Shown here piece after piece: positions 10,209 to 20,191 of a stretch of DNA of 55,581 bases. Each line of letters opens with the position of its first letter. The first letter of the stretch is position 1. The notes beneath the pieces are model-generated. The model did not search any database, had not been told where the DNA came from, and worked only from the letters and a program-made list of their open reading frames with translations. Made by a program: the position numbers and the translations under genes. The stretch spans positions 1 through 55,581 of IMG/VR virus record IMGVR_UViG_3300030419_003947. One strand, written 5' to 3'. Source of the DNA: a virus (lineage: Duplodnaviria; Caudoviricetes).

Positions 10209-10240
10209 AATTACTCCTTGAGGGTTTTATTTGGGCTTAT

Positions 10241-10711
10241 TTACAGGGCGCGAAGGAATACGTGGTCGGCATAGTTAATGCTACCCAGCGAGTGCAGAGT
10301 AGCGGTAACCGTGTCCAGAGCCACAACCGGACCCAAGAGTCCCTGCGTTGCGCCCGTCGAGCTAAGGCCCACAGACGCTCCTTGATTACCCGGCCCCAAG
10401 GGATGACCGGGAATAACCGTAACCGAACCAACAATGCGATAGATCAACGCCGATTCATGGTATCCATAAACCTGCACTTCACCAACGTCATTATTCGGAA
10501 TGTCCTCATTCGCCAGACCAATAAAACTGCCTTCGCCATTCAAGCAAGAATTGCTTTCCTGTGCAGCTTCATTCGATCCAACCGAAGAAGTATTCTTGTT
10601 GTTGGTCATCAGATACACCGGATAGTGCGTGGTGATCGTCTTACCATCAACATTCGTAATATTCACCCAGACCCTTTCGGCATCAGAGCGATTAACCTGT
10701 TGAATTTGCAT
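10241..10711 (-). CDS. Putative capsid decoration/cement protein (156 aa)
   Basis: Downstream of the capsid gene; FIGLANEDI....GEVQVYG pattern of cement-like proteins. Confidence 0.6.
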   Translation of the reverse strand: MQIQQVNRSDAERVWVNITNVDGKTITTHYPVYLMTNNKNTSSVGSNEAAQESNSCLNGEGSFIGLANEDIPNNDVGEVQVYGYHESALIYRIVGSVTVIPGHPLGPGNQGASVGLSSTGATQGLLGPVVALDTVTATLHSLGSINYADHVFLRAL

Positions 10712-10723
10712 TTTTAGCCTCTC

Positions 10724-11011
10724 CTAAAATGCGCCTAGGACGTGTGCGGTAAAGGTATACGTTCCACTGTCAGCAGTAGTCGATACCCGAACACTTCCGT
10801 TGGTAGACGTACCACCAGTTGAAGTATTTAGCACTACCTGTGGGGTAGCGGCATCTTCAGCCGGGGTGGAAATGCTGCAAGAGTATACATACCCTGTCTC
10901 TGGAACTAATACGATGTGACTATCGTCCTGCTCTCCAGTAAAAGAACCCGTCATAACAACGTGTTCTCCTACAGGCGAGATGGTATCAATAGTCGTAGTA
11001 AGTGCTGCCAT
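10724..11011 (-). CDS. Putative minor capsid protein (95 aa)
   Basis: AGGAG RBS, Thr-rich beta protein directly after the capsid gene. Confidence 0.55.
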   Translation of the reverse strand: MAALTTTIDTISPVGEHVVMTGSFTGEQDDSHIVLVPETGYVYSCSISTPAEDAATPQVVLNTSTGGTSTNGSVRVSTTADSGTYTFTAHVLGAF

Positions 11012-11027
11012 GACAGTCTCCTACCTA

Positions 11028-12023
11028 TTAAGAGATGCCAGCCAATACACCAAGCTTGCGCCTGTTGTTGACTGCCAAGTTGCCTTGGAAAAGAATCTGG
11101 GCAACGAGGGCATCTTGATCGATGGGCTTCTGGAAGCCTTCATCAGTCATAGCAAAATTGGCCTTGCCATGAATGAACATCATAATATGGGCAGAGTTAA
11201 GCATGTACATTACGCCGCTGGTGCAGTAGTCATCCCAAACAACTTCTGCGCCTTTGAACTTCAGCGTATCAATGCCAGCATCGGCACCACCAGAAGGATT
11301 CTGCTCATAACGAACGCGAGGCGAGATCAATGCCTCCAAAGCTTCATGTACCGTCTGAGTGGTAACGATGAAGTCAGGAGTCGAAGCAACGCCTTCCGAA
11401 CCACGCGAACAGCTATTGTAAACCGTGCGCATGTTGGAAACGAGGTTAGAAGCAGCGGCACCTACACTAGCTACCGCACGATTGCGCCATGCCGTATTAT
11501 CGGCGGGATCAATCGAAGCATAGGTAGTAGTAGCAGGAGTCTGATCAACGGCAGCAGTCAAGCCCGTAAGCTGCTTGCTACCAGAGCCAGTGCCATCACT
11601 GAAAATACCAGTAGCAACGCCATCACCCAGAGAAAGCTCGGCTTGCCGAATCTTTTCCTGCATGATGTCATTGATCTGGGCCGGACCTTGGTTAGAGCGC
11701 AACGTCAAGCCGTCAATGGCAAGACCAACTGCACCCTGCTTCCACGTATACCACGCCGTAGTCTGACCGATGGAAGGAGTAATACTAAGGGTATCCAAAC
11801 CAGAATACCACTTGAAAGTATTATTTTTCCCGGTCATAACCGGAATGCGGATACGCTCACCACCTTGAAGAACCTTGATACGATTGCCAGACTTGAACCA
11901 AGACAGCGTCTTAGCCATATCATAGATATTATCTTGAATGGCACCAGACGAGAGGATCTCATCCAACGTCATCGTAAGCAAGGGTCCATATGTGCGACTT
12001 AGGGTCGATTCTCCCGTAGCCAT
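11028..12023 (-). CDS. Major capsid protein (331 aa)
   Basis: GGERIRIPV, DGTGSGSKQLTGL, TPDFIVTT, LKFKGAEVVWD, GNLAVNNRR motifs; follows the scaffold gene. Confidence 0.9.
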   Translation of the reverse strand: MATGESTLSRTYGPLLTMTLDEILSSGAIQDNIYDMAKTLSWFKSGNRIKVLQGGERIRIPVMTGKNNTFKWYSGLDTLSITPSIGQTTAWYTWKQGAVGLAIDGLTLRSNQGPAQINDIMQEKIRQAELSLGDGVATGIFSDGTGSGSKQLTGLTAAVDQTPATTTYASIDPADNTAWRNRAVASVGAAASNLVSNMRTVYNSCSRGSEGVASTPDFIVTTQTVHEALEALISPRVRYEQNPSGGADAGIDTLKFKGAEVVWDDYCTSGVMYMLNSAHIMMFIHGKANFAMTDEGFQKPIDQDALVAQILFQGNLAVNNRRKLGVLAGIS

Positions 12024-12051
12024 AATGGAATTGCTCCCGTTCTAATGGTTG

Positions 12052-12954
12052 TTAAGTGTTAAAAGTCTTCCACGACTTGAGGACTGCTTTCGATACAATA
12101 TCGCTTAAGTCATCATCCTCTTGTCGCAAAGATGGTTCCTGCGCTGGAGCATTAGAGGATCGGTTGTGAGAGCTAGAAGCTCGCGCAACCCTCTGCGCCC
12201 TGCTGCCATTGCCACCTTCAGAAAGACCCCTGTCATACTCGGCTTGCATCAGCTTGTCGTAATTGTAAAGGATGTAAAGTTGATTGGGCGTAATGCCTTC
12301 CTCTGGTGAACGCATAGACTTGAAAAGGTCACGAACTCCTTCATATATGTCTTGGTTCCAAACAAACTTGTCACCATCCATATGTCCGAAGTCGTCGCCC
12401 CACTTGTCTACACCTTCCGTGATTGCGCCCATAGTCATTTCCATAGATCGCTTATCACGTTCTTCAGCATCCAATTCATCTTTGGATACAAGGCCAAGCT
12501 CTTCTACGTATGCGTCAAACATTTCACGCTGCTGCTTGGGCATACGCTGTAACATTTGCTGCCGACGAGCCTCTGCGGGGTCGGGCTTTTCCGGTCCTTT
12601 AGCCGCATCTTCCAACTTAGCAAGACGCTGCTCAAGTTCCTTATTAGCATTTCCCTGCTGGCTTATTGTTCTTTGAAACTGTTTTACCAGTTCGGCTCCA
12701 CCGGGAAGAGCGTCAGCATTCTTTTCCAGATAGTCCAGCAACTCTTGTCGACTAGGAGTTTTCTCCGCACCATTTGAATTGTCTGAGAGTCCGTTGCCGG
12801 GATCAGATGTATTCGATGCGTTACCATTGCCGGGGGAAGCGCCATTCCCCTTTGCCGCCACTACGGAGTCAATAGCTTCTTTGTTCATGGCAGATTGAAG
12901 CTGCTCAAGCTCATCAGAAGCACTGGACGTATTGGCAGACGTAATTTCAGTCAT
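12052..12954 (-). CDS. Putative capsid scaffolding protein (300 aa)
   Basis: Acidic, coiled-coil, low-complexity N-terminus, directly upstream of the capsid gene. Confidence 0.7.
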   Translation of the reverse strand: MTEITSANTSSASDELEQLQSAMNKEAIDSVVAAKGNGASPGNGNASNTSDPGNGLSDNSNGAEKTPSRQELLDYLEKNADALPGGAELVKQFQRTISQQGNANKELEQRLAKLEDAAKGPEKPDPAEARRQQMLQRMPKQQREMFDAYVEELGLVSKDELDAEERDKRSMEMTMGAITEGVDKWGDDFGHMDGDKFVWNQDIYEGVRDLFKSMRSPEEGITPNQLYILYNYDKLMQAEYDRGLSEGGNGSRAQRVARASSSHNRSSNAPAQEPSLRQEDDDLSDIVSKAVLKSWKTFNT

Positions 12955-12973
12955 TTTCTATTCTCCTTGAGGG

Positions 12974-13432
12974 CTACTTTATGCTGGGCAAGTCAGACAC
13001 ACGTTTAACTTCGTCTACAGATTTGCCGTCTTTATTTTCTGTTCCTACGACAAAGTTATATTTGTCTTCCTCTCTTTTTTCTTCTTCTCTACGATGATCA
13101 TCTAAGCTTCGTCCCGAAAGTCGATCTATGGGCTTAATGCTTTCGGGTGCCTTGTCATCGTAATTTCTTGCTCCACGAACCTTATCACCCGCTTCAATAA
13201 CATTAAGAGCCTTCATAACTTGCTCCTTATGCCTACGACCATGAATGTCCATATCTAAGGACTCATCGTAATAGGACTCAAAGGGCTGAAAGCCTTTAAT
13301 AGCAGTTACGGGGAACTGCAAAGCGGCATCGCCACCACATTGGCATTTGATAGTTTTCTTTTTGTCTTCAAGCGAAACAACGACTTCTTTGGTCGTATTG
13401 CACGTTTCGCATGTGTAATCATATAAAGGCAT
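12974..13432 (-). CDS. FmdB-type zinc-ribbon protein (152 aa)
   Basis: MPLYDYTCETC...CQCGG. Confidence 0.8.
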   Translation of the reverse strand: MPLYDYTCETCNTTKEVVVSLEDKKKTIKCQCGGDAALQFPVTAIKGFQPFESYYDESLDMDIHGRRHKEQVMKALNVIEAGDKVRGARNYDDKAPESIKPIDRLSGRSLDDHRREEEKREEDKYNFVVGTENKDGKSVDEVKRVSDLPSIK

Positions 13433-13436
13433 TGGA

Positions 13437-13913
13437 TTATCCTATAGGAAGAACCAAGGCACTCATGTCGTTGTCAGCAGATTGCTGCGGCGAAGGTCCA
13501 CCACCGAATCCCGCACGTTCTGCTGCTTTATCCCCACCGGGAAGGATACCCGTCTTTTCCATTTTCTGCAAAAGGCGAGGCATCACCTGTAGCTCTTCCA
13601 TCGTAAATTCATTAAGCAAGTCAGCAGGAATGCCAAAATTCTTTGTGATCTTTGCCTGTGCTGCATCCTTCGCTGCTCTGGACTGATCGGCAGTATCCAT
13701 TCCCTGTGGTTTAGGAGTGCCAGCAGGAGCCTGTCGTGAAGGTGCTGCCATAGGCTTGCGTCTGCCAGCAGGGGCTTTAGGCATTGGCCTAGCCGCTCTG
13801 GGAGCTTGCTTCGCTGCGGGAGCAGCGGCGGGTCGCCCAGCAGGACGGGCAGCGGGAGCAGCGGGAGCAGCTTGCCCCCGTGCGGGAACCTGTACTCTAC
13901 GACCTTGTGCCAT
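13437..13913 (-). CDS. Ala/Pro/Arg-rich low-complexity protein (158 aa)
   Basis: In-operon ORF with start overlapping the upstream stop; basic disordered N-terminus. Confidence 0.7.
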   Translation of the reverse strand: MAQGRRVQVPARGQAAPAAPAARPAGRPAAAPAAKQAPRAARPMPKAPAGRRKPMAAPSRQAPAGTPKPQGMDTADQSRAAKDAAQAKITKNFGIPADLLNEFTMEELQVMPRLLQKMEKTGILPGGDKAAERAGFGGGPSPQQSADNDMSALVLPIG

Positions 13914-16261
13914 TATTTTGCTCCAACTCGTAAGGGTCCACGATGAAGTGGACGGGTTCTATAAGGTAATACCTCTACTGACGATCCTACATTCAAGTAT
14001 TCAGCAAGATCCATCAAATCTTTTTCCATAAACCGAATACAGCCATGAGAGACAAAGCCTTGGTTCTCAAATCCAGTACCTGTGGCCTTGATATCGGCGG
14101 CTGCATGGGGTCCATGTAGTCCATAGCTTTTCCAATCAAGGCCCATCCAGATGGGGCCATAGCTGCCTTCCACTTGCTCGTAGGGAACCTTGTTAATCAC
14201 TTCGGCAGTGCCAGTAGGCGTAAAATATTTTTTGCCATACCGCGTTCCTGTCGTATCACCTGTGCCTACCGCAAATTGCCTTACTTCCATTCCCTGTGAA
14301 TCCAATACCGTAGCTATGTTAACATTAGGATCTATCGTCAGTCGGTATGGAGGCTCTGGCTCTGTTGATGCCTCTTCTTCTAGTGCCGCACTGGTAATAA
14401 CGATCTGTCCCGCAGGAGACTTCCAATCTGTCCCAAGTGCCTCTTGTGTTTTTATCACCATATCAGAAGCAACGGGACTATCTTTTACCTTTTTCGTATC
14501 CGATCTTTCGTCTGTCTTTGTCTTGAACGGCAACTCTATCGGCTCTGGATTGTCTACTGGTGCAGGAGTTAGAGGATTTGTCAGTCGATCTATGATCGCT
14601 GGGTCTTCAAGATCAACCTCTATTTGCTCCTCTTCAGTTTCCAGTTCCTCCGGTGGAGTGCCTTCAAATCTTTCGGATTCTATCTTTACCTTAGAATCGG
14701 TCTTTTTTTTTTGAGTCTCAGGTGTCCATTCAATAGCATTTGGATCATAATTTAGATGCACTAAGCCTTTGCCTTCGTCCATCCAAAAAGCTATGCTTCC
14801 ACCAAGATTCCTTATGCTTCCCTTAAAACTTCTAGTAGTTGCTCCATCAGCATCTTTTTCTATCGTTATGTCATCTGGATGATATGTATTTATAAAATGA
14901 TCTAATACTGCTTGCTGTGCCTTAAATTCTGCCCTATCGCGCCTCATGCCCTTTGGCATATCAAGCGTCATGGCAACGCTTTCTTGAGGAGGATTACGGA
15001 TATAATCTGGCATATCATTGCCTGTGATTGCCCTTTTTATCCCTCCTCCTATGGCCTTAAGATAAGAGCCAAGTCCAAATCCAGTGGTTTCTCTCTTTTT
15101 CGTTTCTTCTCCTACTCCAGCTTCTTTTACTACGGTATACCCTGTCTGCCTTTTTTTAGACTCATCTACTCCCGATAGGTCTACTTCTGCTGGAAGATCT
15201 GCTTCCTCTGTCTTTGGTCTAAAGTAAGTAGTCCCATCTTTGGGGTTGGTCCAAAACTGCCCTCCCCCCATTCCTCCCTCTCCTTTTGCATTTCTCTGTG
15301 CCTCACTTCTAGCAGTAGAGCGAAGAAGACCGGGAGAGGAAACTCCTACACCGGGTTCATTGATCCATGCGGGTGGAGTATCTTTACTCTCTACCGCATC
15401 TTCTTTCATCCCCATTGCCTCCCATCGTGATGGAAGTTCATCAGAAGATTCTGGAATCGTAAAAGGTGGATCTGCGGTAGTACCCCACTGTGAAACATGT
15501 CCCGATTCTTTGTCTTCTTTAGCCCACTTTTCCTCCATAGACTTTCTATGCTGTTCTGCATCTTCTGCTACAGCGGCAGTAGCAGTACGACTTTTCTTAC
15601 GCTTTTCTGCGGGATCTATGACAGGCGGCAAGTCTTCTTCTACAGGTCGAGCTTTCTGCTCTGGATAGGGAGTATAGCTTGGTCCCTCCCTACGAGCTTT
15701 CGGCTCTGGATAGGGAGTATAGCTTGGTCCTTCCCTGCGAGCTTTCTGCTCTGGATAGGGAGTATAGCTTGGTCCCTCTTTACGAGACTTTGGTTCTAAA
15801 GGAGTATGACTTGGTCCTTCCCTACGAACTTTTGGCTCTGGGGGAGTATAGCGTGGTCCAGCAGTGGGTTTAGCACGAGGCTTAAACCGCGCAGATGAAA
15901 TAGGGGCAGATTGCGTAGACTGTCTTGAGGCGGGTCTACGAAAGTCCCTTCTGCCTTTTACGGGAGCAGCGGGTTTCACTACCTCCTCTGCCTCCTCTAC
16001 TGGCGCTGCGGCGGGAGCTTCTTCTTGCTTTGCCCAAGGATCTTTGAACTTCTCTGGCTCTTTGGGTGCTACAGTAGAGGGGATGGTCTTGCGTGAACGA
16101 GCCGTGCCGTCTTTGCCAATGAGCATGGCTTGAACAGAGCCATCTTTCTGTCGCTCTATAGTCCACTCAGATCCTTCCCCGGCTTTGCCCAAGTTCTTCT
16201 TAAGCCAAGGGTCTAGATTTTCTAGTTCTTCGTCGGATAGGGACCACGATGTAAATGCCAT
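13913..16261 (-). CDS. 782-aa protein with a C-terminal L,D-transpeptidase (YkuD) domain
   Basis: TPTG, YGLHG...SHGCIRF catalytic His/Cys motif; long disordered repeat-containing N-terminus. Confidence 0.85.
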   Translation of the reverse strand: MAFTSWSLSDEELENLDPWLKKNLGKAGEGSEWTIERQKDGSVQAMLIGKDGTARSRKTIPSTVAPKEPEKFKDPWAKQEEAPAAAPVEEAEEVVKPAAPVKGRRDFRRPASRQSTQSAPISSARFKPRAKPTAGPRYTPPEPKVRREGPSHTPLEPKSRKEGPSYTPYPEQKARREGPSYTPYPEPKARREGPSYTPYPEQKARPVEEDLPPVIDPAEKRKKSRTATAAVAEDAEQHRKSMEEKWAKEDKESGHVSQWGTTADPPFTIPESSDELPSRWEAMGMKEDAVESKDTPPAWINEPGVGVSSPGLLRSTARSEAQRNAKGEGGMGGGQFWTNPKDGTTYFRPKTEEADLPAEVDLSGVDESKKRQTGYTVVKEAGVGEETKKRETTGFGLGSYLKAIGGGIKRAITGNDMPDYIRNPPQESVAMTLDMPKGMRRDRAEFKAQQAVLDHFINTYHPDDITIEKDADGATTRSFKGSIRNLGGSIAFWMDEGKGLVHLNYDPNAIEWTPETQKKKTDSKVKIESERFEGTPPEELETEEEQIEVDLEDPAIIDRLTNPLTPAPVDNPEPIELPFKTKTDERSDTKKVKDSPVASDMVIKTQEALGTDWKSPAGQIVITSAALEEEASTEPEPPYRLTIDPNVNIATVLDSQGMEVRQFAVGTGDTTGTRYGKKYFTPTGTAEVINKVPYEQVEGSYGPIWMGLDWKSYGLHGPHAAADIKATGTGFENQGFVSHGCIRFMEKDLMDLAEYLNVGSSVEVLPYRTRPLHRGPLRVGAK
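15649..15857 (-). repeat. ~5 copies of a 42-bp coding tandem repeat (REGPSYTPYPEQKA)
   Basis: Repeated GCTCTGGATAGGGAGTATAGCTTGGTCC units at 42-bp spacing. Confidence 0.9.
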
Positions 16262-16263
16262 GA

Positions 16264-18348
16264 CTACTGACCTTCCGCTGTATTACGTGCTATAGCACTA
16301 TTGGGACCAGCACCGCCACGATCTACCCTCATGGCATCACCTTGTATTGCGGACTCCGTAGGAGGAGAAGGTTCGGGTGAAGGGCTGGGTCTTCCTCCTC
16401 CTCCTGCGGCGAGAGTAGCGAGAGCGTCCTGCGGTAGCCCTCCTCCTTGTGGACCAGCACCGGGGTCGATGACATCGGGCTGAACATCTTTAAGGAAGGG
16501 CAAGACGCGCTCTGGATCTTGTATACGGTATCCTCGTATCAATAAATCTTTGACGAGTTCACCTACGTCGATGCCAACGCCATTATTGGCTTGCATGATC
16601 AACTGATTGACAGGACCAGAGGCGAGGTTGATCAAGTCCATCCACTGCTTGCGCTCTACAGCCGTTGCCGTAGCAGCAGAAGAGACATTGATCTCAAACT
16701 GATACTCGCCCTGCGCCAGTTCCTCTGTGATGTTAACGAACTCAGCAGCGCGAGGGTCTATAAGAAACAGACGCTCTGGTCTGAACTCTGTCGTTAGCTG
16801 CCAGAACTTACGGGCCTTACGCACTTGATAAGAGGCGAACTTCTCTGCTCTCTCATCTTCTCTGGCGGTATTGCGCCTGTCTTGGATGTTGGCTTCGGTG
16901 GCAGAGTCTGACTTGGGCATGGAGATAGGTTGCGGAGTGCCATTGGCTCTGTCGAACATAGACTGCACGATGCGCAATATCTCGCCCTTCTCTGGCGGTA
17001 CATCGCCAAACTGTATTGCTTGAATGGCCCTGCCCTGTGCCTCTACCAGCCCTTCCACCTCAAAAGACTCCATGTCCTCTGCTTCAAGGATGGCATCTAT
17101 CTCCTCTTCCCGTATGTAGCGAGGATCATAGAGGAAGAGGTTTTTCTGCTTGCGAATGACAGAGAGGTAGGAGTCGAGGATCTCATTGACAAGGCTCTGC
17201 ATGGAGTCGGCACCGCCCATGATAAGCGGTCCCTTGGTATGCCAATCGACTACGCCATCTGCCAGTGAGAGGATCTCACAGGGGAAATCCTCCAGAGAAG
17301 TCATCGGCCACTCATCTTCGTAGCGCAAAAACTTGTCGTGGTCTTTGCAGATGTCTATCCACAAATTTTCTTTTTGATTTTGACCTACGATATGACCCTT
17401 GGCGAAGATCTCATAGCCTTCTACAAGTCCAAAGTCATCTACCTCCATACCATCGGGCATATCGGGCGCATCTTCCATGCGGAAGTTAGGCTCCAGCCCA
17501 TTGGTATTCAGATCGCCTTGGTATGCTATCTCATCTATGTGCTTGACATAGCGGAAGGCAATCCACTTAGCATCGCGCAGTCCATCAGAAGCCATAGGAT
17601 CGATGATGATATCCCCGGCTTTCCAGTGAACCGCATAGGGAGACTCCCATTTTATCGTGGTATTTTTGTCGGGGCTGTCTAATTCAAGGTAATGACGATG
17701 GTCGTTGATGTGAGACTCAAGGATGGCAGCGCGTTCTGGGGAGGTATTAGGCTGTTGCAGGAACTGTGTATGCGCCTCTATGTGGGCAACGTGGTTCTGG
17801 TCCTGCAAAACCGTTGTTATCTCGCCAGAGATGAGGAATAACGACTCATCTACGGGGTCATCGATGACTCTGCCGGGATTTATGGCAGGATCGGAGATGA
17901 CCATGCCTTCTATATCGGCAGAATAACCTATTTTGCTACCGCCAAAGGGGCATACGTAGGCATCCAGCAAAGCCCTCTTATCATGCACCAACTGGTCTGT
18001 TTCGCGGTACCAGTAGTCCGAAATACGCGAAACGATGCGCTCAGAGCCTATTCCCGCCTTATTGAAGGGATGAACGGTAAAAGTGGGGTCGTGTGCCGCT
18101 ATATTGGCGATAGATTGGTCGAGATAGCCAAAAACAATATTGGCTTTATTGCGAATACCGGGATCAGAGGTATCTCCCATATTGTATCGCATCTCTTCTT
18201 TTTCTCTGGTAGTGGCTGCTTCATTATTATACTGTGCCACCAAAACCTTGGAAGGCTCGAAAATAGGCCGCCAATAGTCTATAGCATGGTCGAGCTTGCG
18301 CTTCCACCACTCAAGCTGGGAAGATCTGTCTGAGGGATAGCTTATCAC
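16264..18348 (-). CDS. Portal protein (694 aa)
   Basis: Follows TerL; size and SATEA motif typical of P22-like portals. Confidence 0.85.
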   Translation of the reverse strand: MISYPSDRSSQLEWWKRKLDHAIDYWRPIFEPSKVLVAQYNNEAATTREKEEMRYNMGDTSDPGIRNKANIVFGYLDQSIANIAAHDPTFTVHPFNKAGIGSERIVSRISDYWYRETDQLVHDKRALLDAYVCPFGGSKIGYSADIEGMVISDPAINPGRVIDDPVDESLFLISGEITTVLQDQNHVAHIEAHTQFLQQPNTSPERAAILESHINDHRHYLELDSPDKNTTIKWESPYAVHWKAGDIIIDPMASDGLRDAKWIAFRYVKHIDEIAYQGDLNTNGLEPNFRMEDAPDMPDGMEVDDFGLVEGYEIFAKGHIVGQNQKENLWIDICKDHDKFLRYEDEWPMTSLEDFPCEILSLADGVVDWHTKGPLIMGGADSMQSLVNEILDSYLSVIRKQKNLFLYDPRYIREEEIDAILEAEDMESFEVEGLVEAQGRAIQAIQFGDVPPEKGEILRIVQSMFDRANGTPQPISMPKSDSATEANIQDRRNTAREDERAEKFASYQVRKARKFWQLTTEFRPERLFLIDPRAAEFVNITEELAQGEYQFEINVSSAATATAVERKQWMDLINLASGPVNQLIMQANNGVGIDVGELVKDLLIRGYRIQDPERVLPFLKDVQPDVIDPGAGPQGGGLPQDALATLAAGGGGRPSPSPEPSPPTESAIQGDAMRVDRGGAGPNSAIARNTAEGQ

Positions 18349-18500
18349 TGTCTATAGCCGATTCGTGAGATACCCGTTGCCGCCTTAGAAGAACTTTTGG
18401 GTGTCTTCTTACGCTTTTTCTTCTTCTTTTTACGAGCAGCAGTAGCCGCTTTCTTACCCGCAGCAGTATACGGATAGGATTTTCCATTTACCTTCGGCAT
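18345..18500 (-). CDS. 51-aa very basic peptide (MPKVNGKSYPYTAAGKKAATAARKKKKKKRKK...)
   Basis: Hand-translated; AGGAG RBS; its TGA overlaps the portal GTG (GTGA). Below the ORF-track cutoff. Confidence 0.8.
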   Translation of the reverse strand: MPKVNGKSYPYTAAGKKAATAARKKKKKKRKKTPKSSSKAATGISRIGYRQ

Positions 18501-18577
18501 AATAAGACTCCTAGATATAGGTATCTAATATCAATTATCTGCAAAACTCCCGGTCATTGCAACTACTATTTTGCTTG

Positions 18578-20191
18578 TTAGATATCGACCAAGGACCAAT
18601 AGTCCTCTTCGGGCGGCAGTTCCATAGGCTGGTGATTGCCAGCGATAGGGGCTTCGTTGAAGACATGCTTGCCTCGGCTACGCCGCTCTGAGCGACTGAT
18701 GATCTCATCGAAGGTGTAGTTGCGAGGGGTCCACTCCTCCCGTGGCGAAGGAGGGACTGCTCCCCCTCTAAGCTTCTCCAGTGCCAGACCCAGCAGGGAG
18801 AAACAGTCAACCTCATCATCATGCTTGAAGGTGGGGAACTTGATGAGGGTTTCCTGTACATCGGCTACCCAAAAACGATCTTTGGGAAAAAAGACCTTCC
18901 CCTCCTGCGCCCTACCCTGTATCGCTCTGGCACGTACCGTCTTGTCTTTGGAAGGGGTGAACTGCTCCCGAAAGCAGTATATACCTCTCTCCTTCATGCG
19001 CTGTGAGAGGAAGGGACCGACAGAGTTGAGGATCTGCCCCCGCTCCTCGCACCACATGACGGGCTTCCACTTCTTCATAAGGTCTATACAGGACTCTATC
19101 CACTCTACAGGCTTTGCCCTCTTCTTCCAAACATCGCATACATAGATGTTCTCTTCGGTGTCTACGGCAAATATTATGTGGACGGTGAAGTCAGACCCCC
19201 TGCGCTCAGAGGTGGCATAGTCGGAGCATCCATAAAACCGCAGTTCGGAGATGGGTGGCATGTCTACCAGTTCATTGCGCCCATAGGTCTTAAACCAATC
19301 CATCTGAAAGTAATCGCCATGATCTACGGTGGGAGACTGCTGGTAGAGTGCTTGGAACTCCCGGTTTTGAAGGACAGACTCTATCTCCTTCAGTGCCGTA
19401 GTATCGTACCATTCAGGCCATAGAGCCTCTCCCGGCATTCGCCCCAATGGATCGTCTTCCTTGGCGATAGCAGGGAGGTTGAGCGTTTCCCACGGTGGTA
19501 CATTGGGATCGTCTTCGGCTTGCTTAAGCAATCGCCCTGCAAGGTCATCATCATGCCATCGGGTCATAATGACTACGATAGAAGCATGAGGCATAAGGCG
19601 GGTAAAAGCGGTAGAGCGATACCAGTTCCATATGCGCTCTCTCTCCGCAAGGCTATCTGCTTCCTCCCGGTTCTTATGGGGATCATCAATGAGGAGGATC
19701 TTAGCACCACGACCCGTAGTGGCTGTGCCTATGCCTACGGCGAAGTATTCGCCCCTATGGCCTTCGATCTTCCACTTGTGGGCAGCAGCAGCATCTGTGG
19801 CAAGCTCTATCTCTGGGAAGATGCGCTTGTATTCTTCGGAGTCTACGATGTTACGTACATCGCGCCCAAAGTCGGAAGAGAGGTCTTGACCATACGAAGC
19901 AGTAATAATGGGATCATCGGGATGCCGCCCTATATACCAAGCAGGGAAACGGCGAGAAGCCAACTCGCTTTTGGTATGGCGCGGCGGCATGGTGATCATC
20001 AACCTGCGGCACTCACCTCGCTCTACACGCTCCAGCGCATCGGCAATAAGCTCATGGTGACGAGCTTGCTCAAAGTCGGGAAAGGTCGCCTTAGTAAAAG
20101 GCAGTAGTCTATTAGCTGCCTCCCGCCTCTTGAGGATAAGCTGTGCGGCTTTTACCGCATCAAGCTGTTTCTGCGAGTTGCTCAACCTCAC
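18578..20191 (-). CDS. terL: Terminase large subunit
   Basis: Walker A MPPRHTKS, Walker B ILLIDD, MTRWH, nuclease motifs SDYA and HDDEVD. Confidence 0.95.
   Translation of the reverse strand: MRLSNSQKQLDAVKAAQLILKRREAANRLLPFTKATFPDFEQARHHELIADALERVERGECRRLMITMPPRHTKSELASRRFPAWYIGRHPDDPIITASYGQDLSSDFGRDVRNIVDSEEYKRIFPEIELATDAAAAHKWKIEGHRGEYFAVGIGTATTGRGAKILLIDDPHKNREEADSLAERERIWNWYRSTAFTRLMPHASIVVIMTRWHDDDLAGRLLKQAEDDPNVPPWETLNLPAIAKEDDPLGRMPGEALWPEWYDTTALKEIESVLQNREFQALYQQSPTVDHGDYFQMDWFKTYGRNELVDMPPISELRFYGCSDYATSERRGSDFTVHIIFAVDTEENIYVCDVWKKRAKPVEWIESCIDLMKKWKPVMWCEERGQILNSVGPFLSQRMKERGIYCFREQFTPSKDKTVRARAIQGRAQEGKVFFPKDRFWVADVQETLIKFPTFKHDDEVDCFSLLGLALEKLRGGAVPPSPREEWTPRNYTFDEIISRSERRSRGKHVFNEAPIAGNHQPMELPPEEDYWSLVDI

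Noticed and set aside
10980-12002. 340-aa plus-strand ORF and other long antisense ORFs in the late arm
   Set aside because: Shadows of clear minus-strand genes such as the major capsid protein.
14703-14712. Slippage/phase variation at the T10 tract (also A10 at 46732-46741)
   Set aside because: Both ORFs are intact and I saw no alternative-frame product or stimulatory structure; cannot be supported without reads.
15649-15857. CRISPR-like array
   Set aside because: Contiguous 42-bp in-frame coding repeats without unique spacers; no cas genes.
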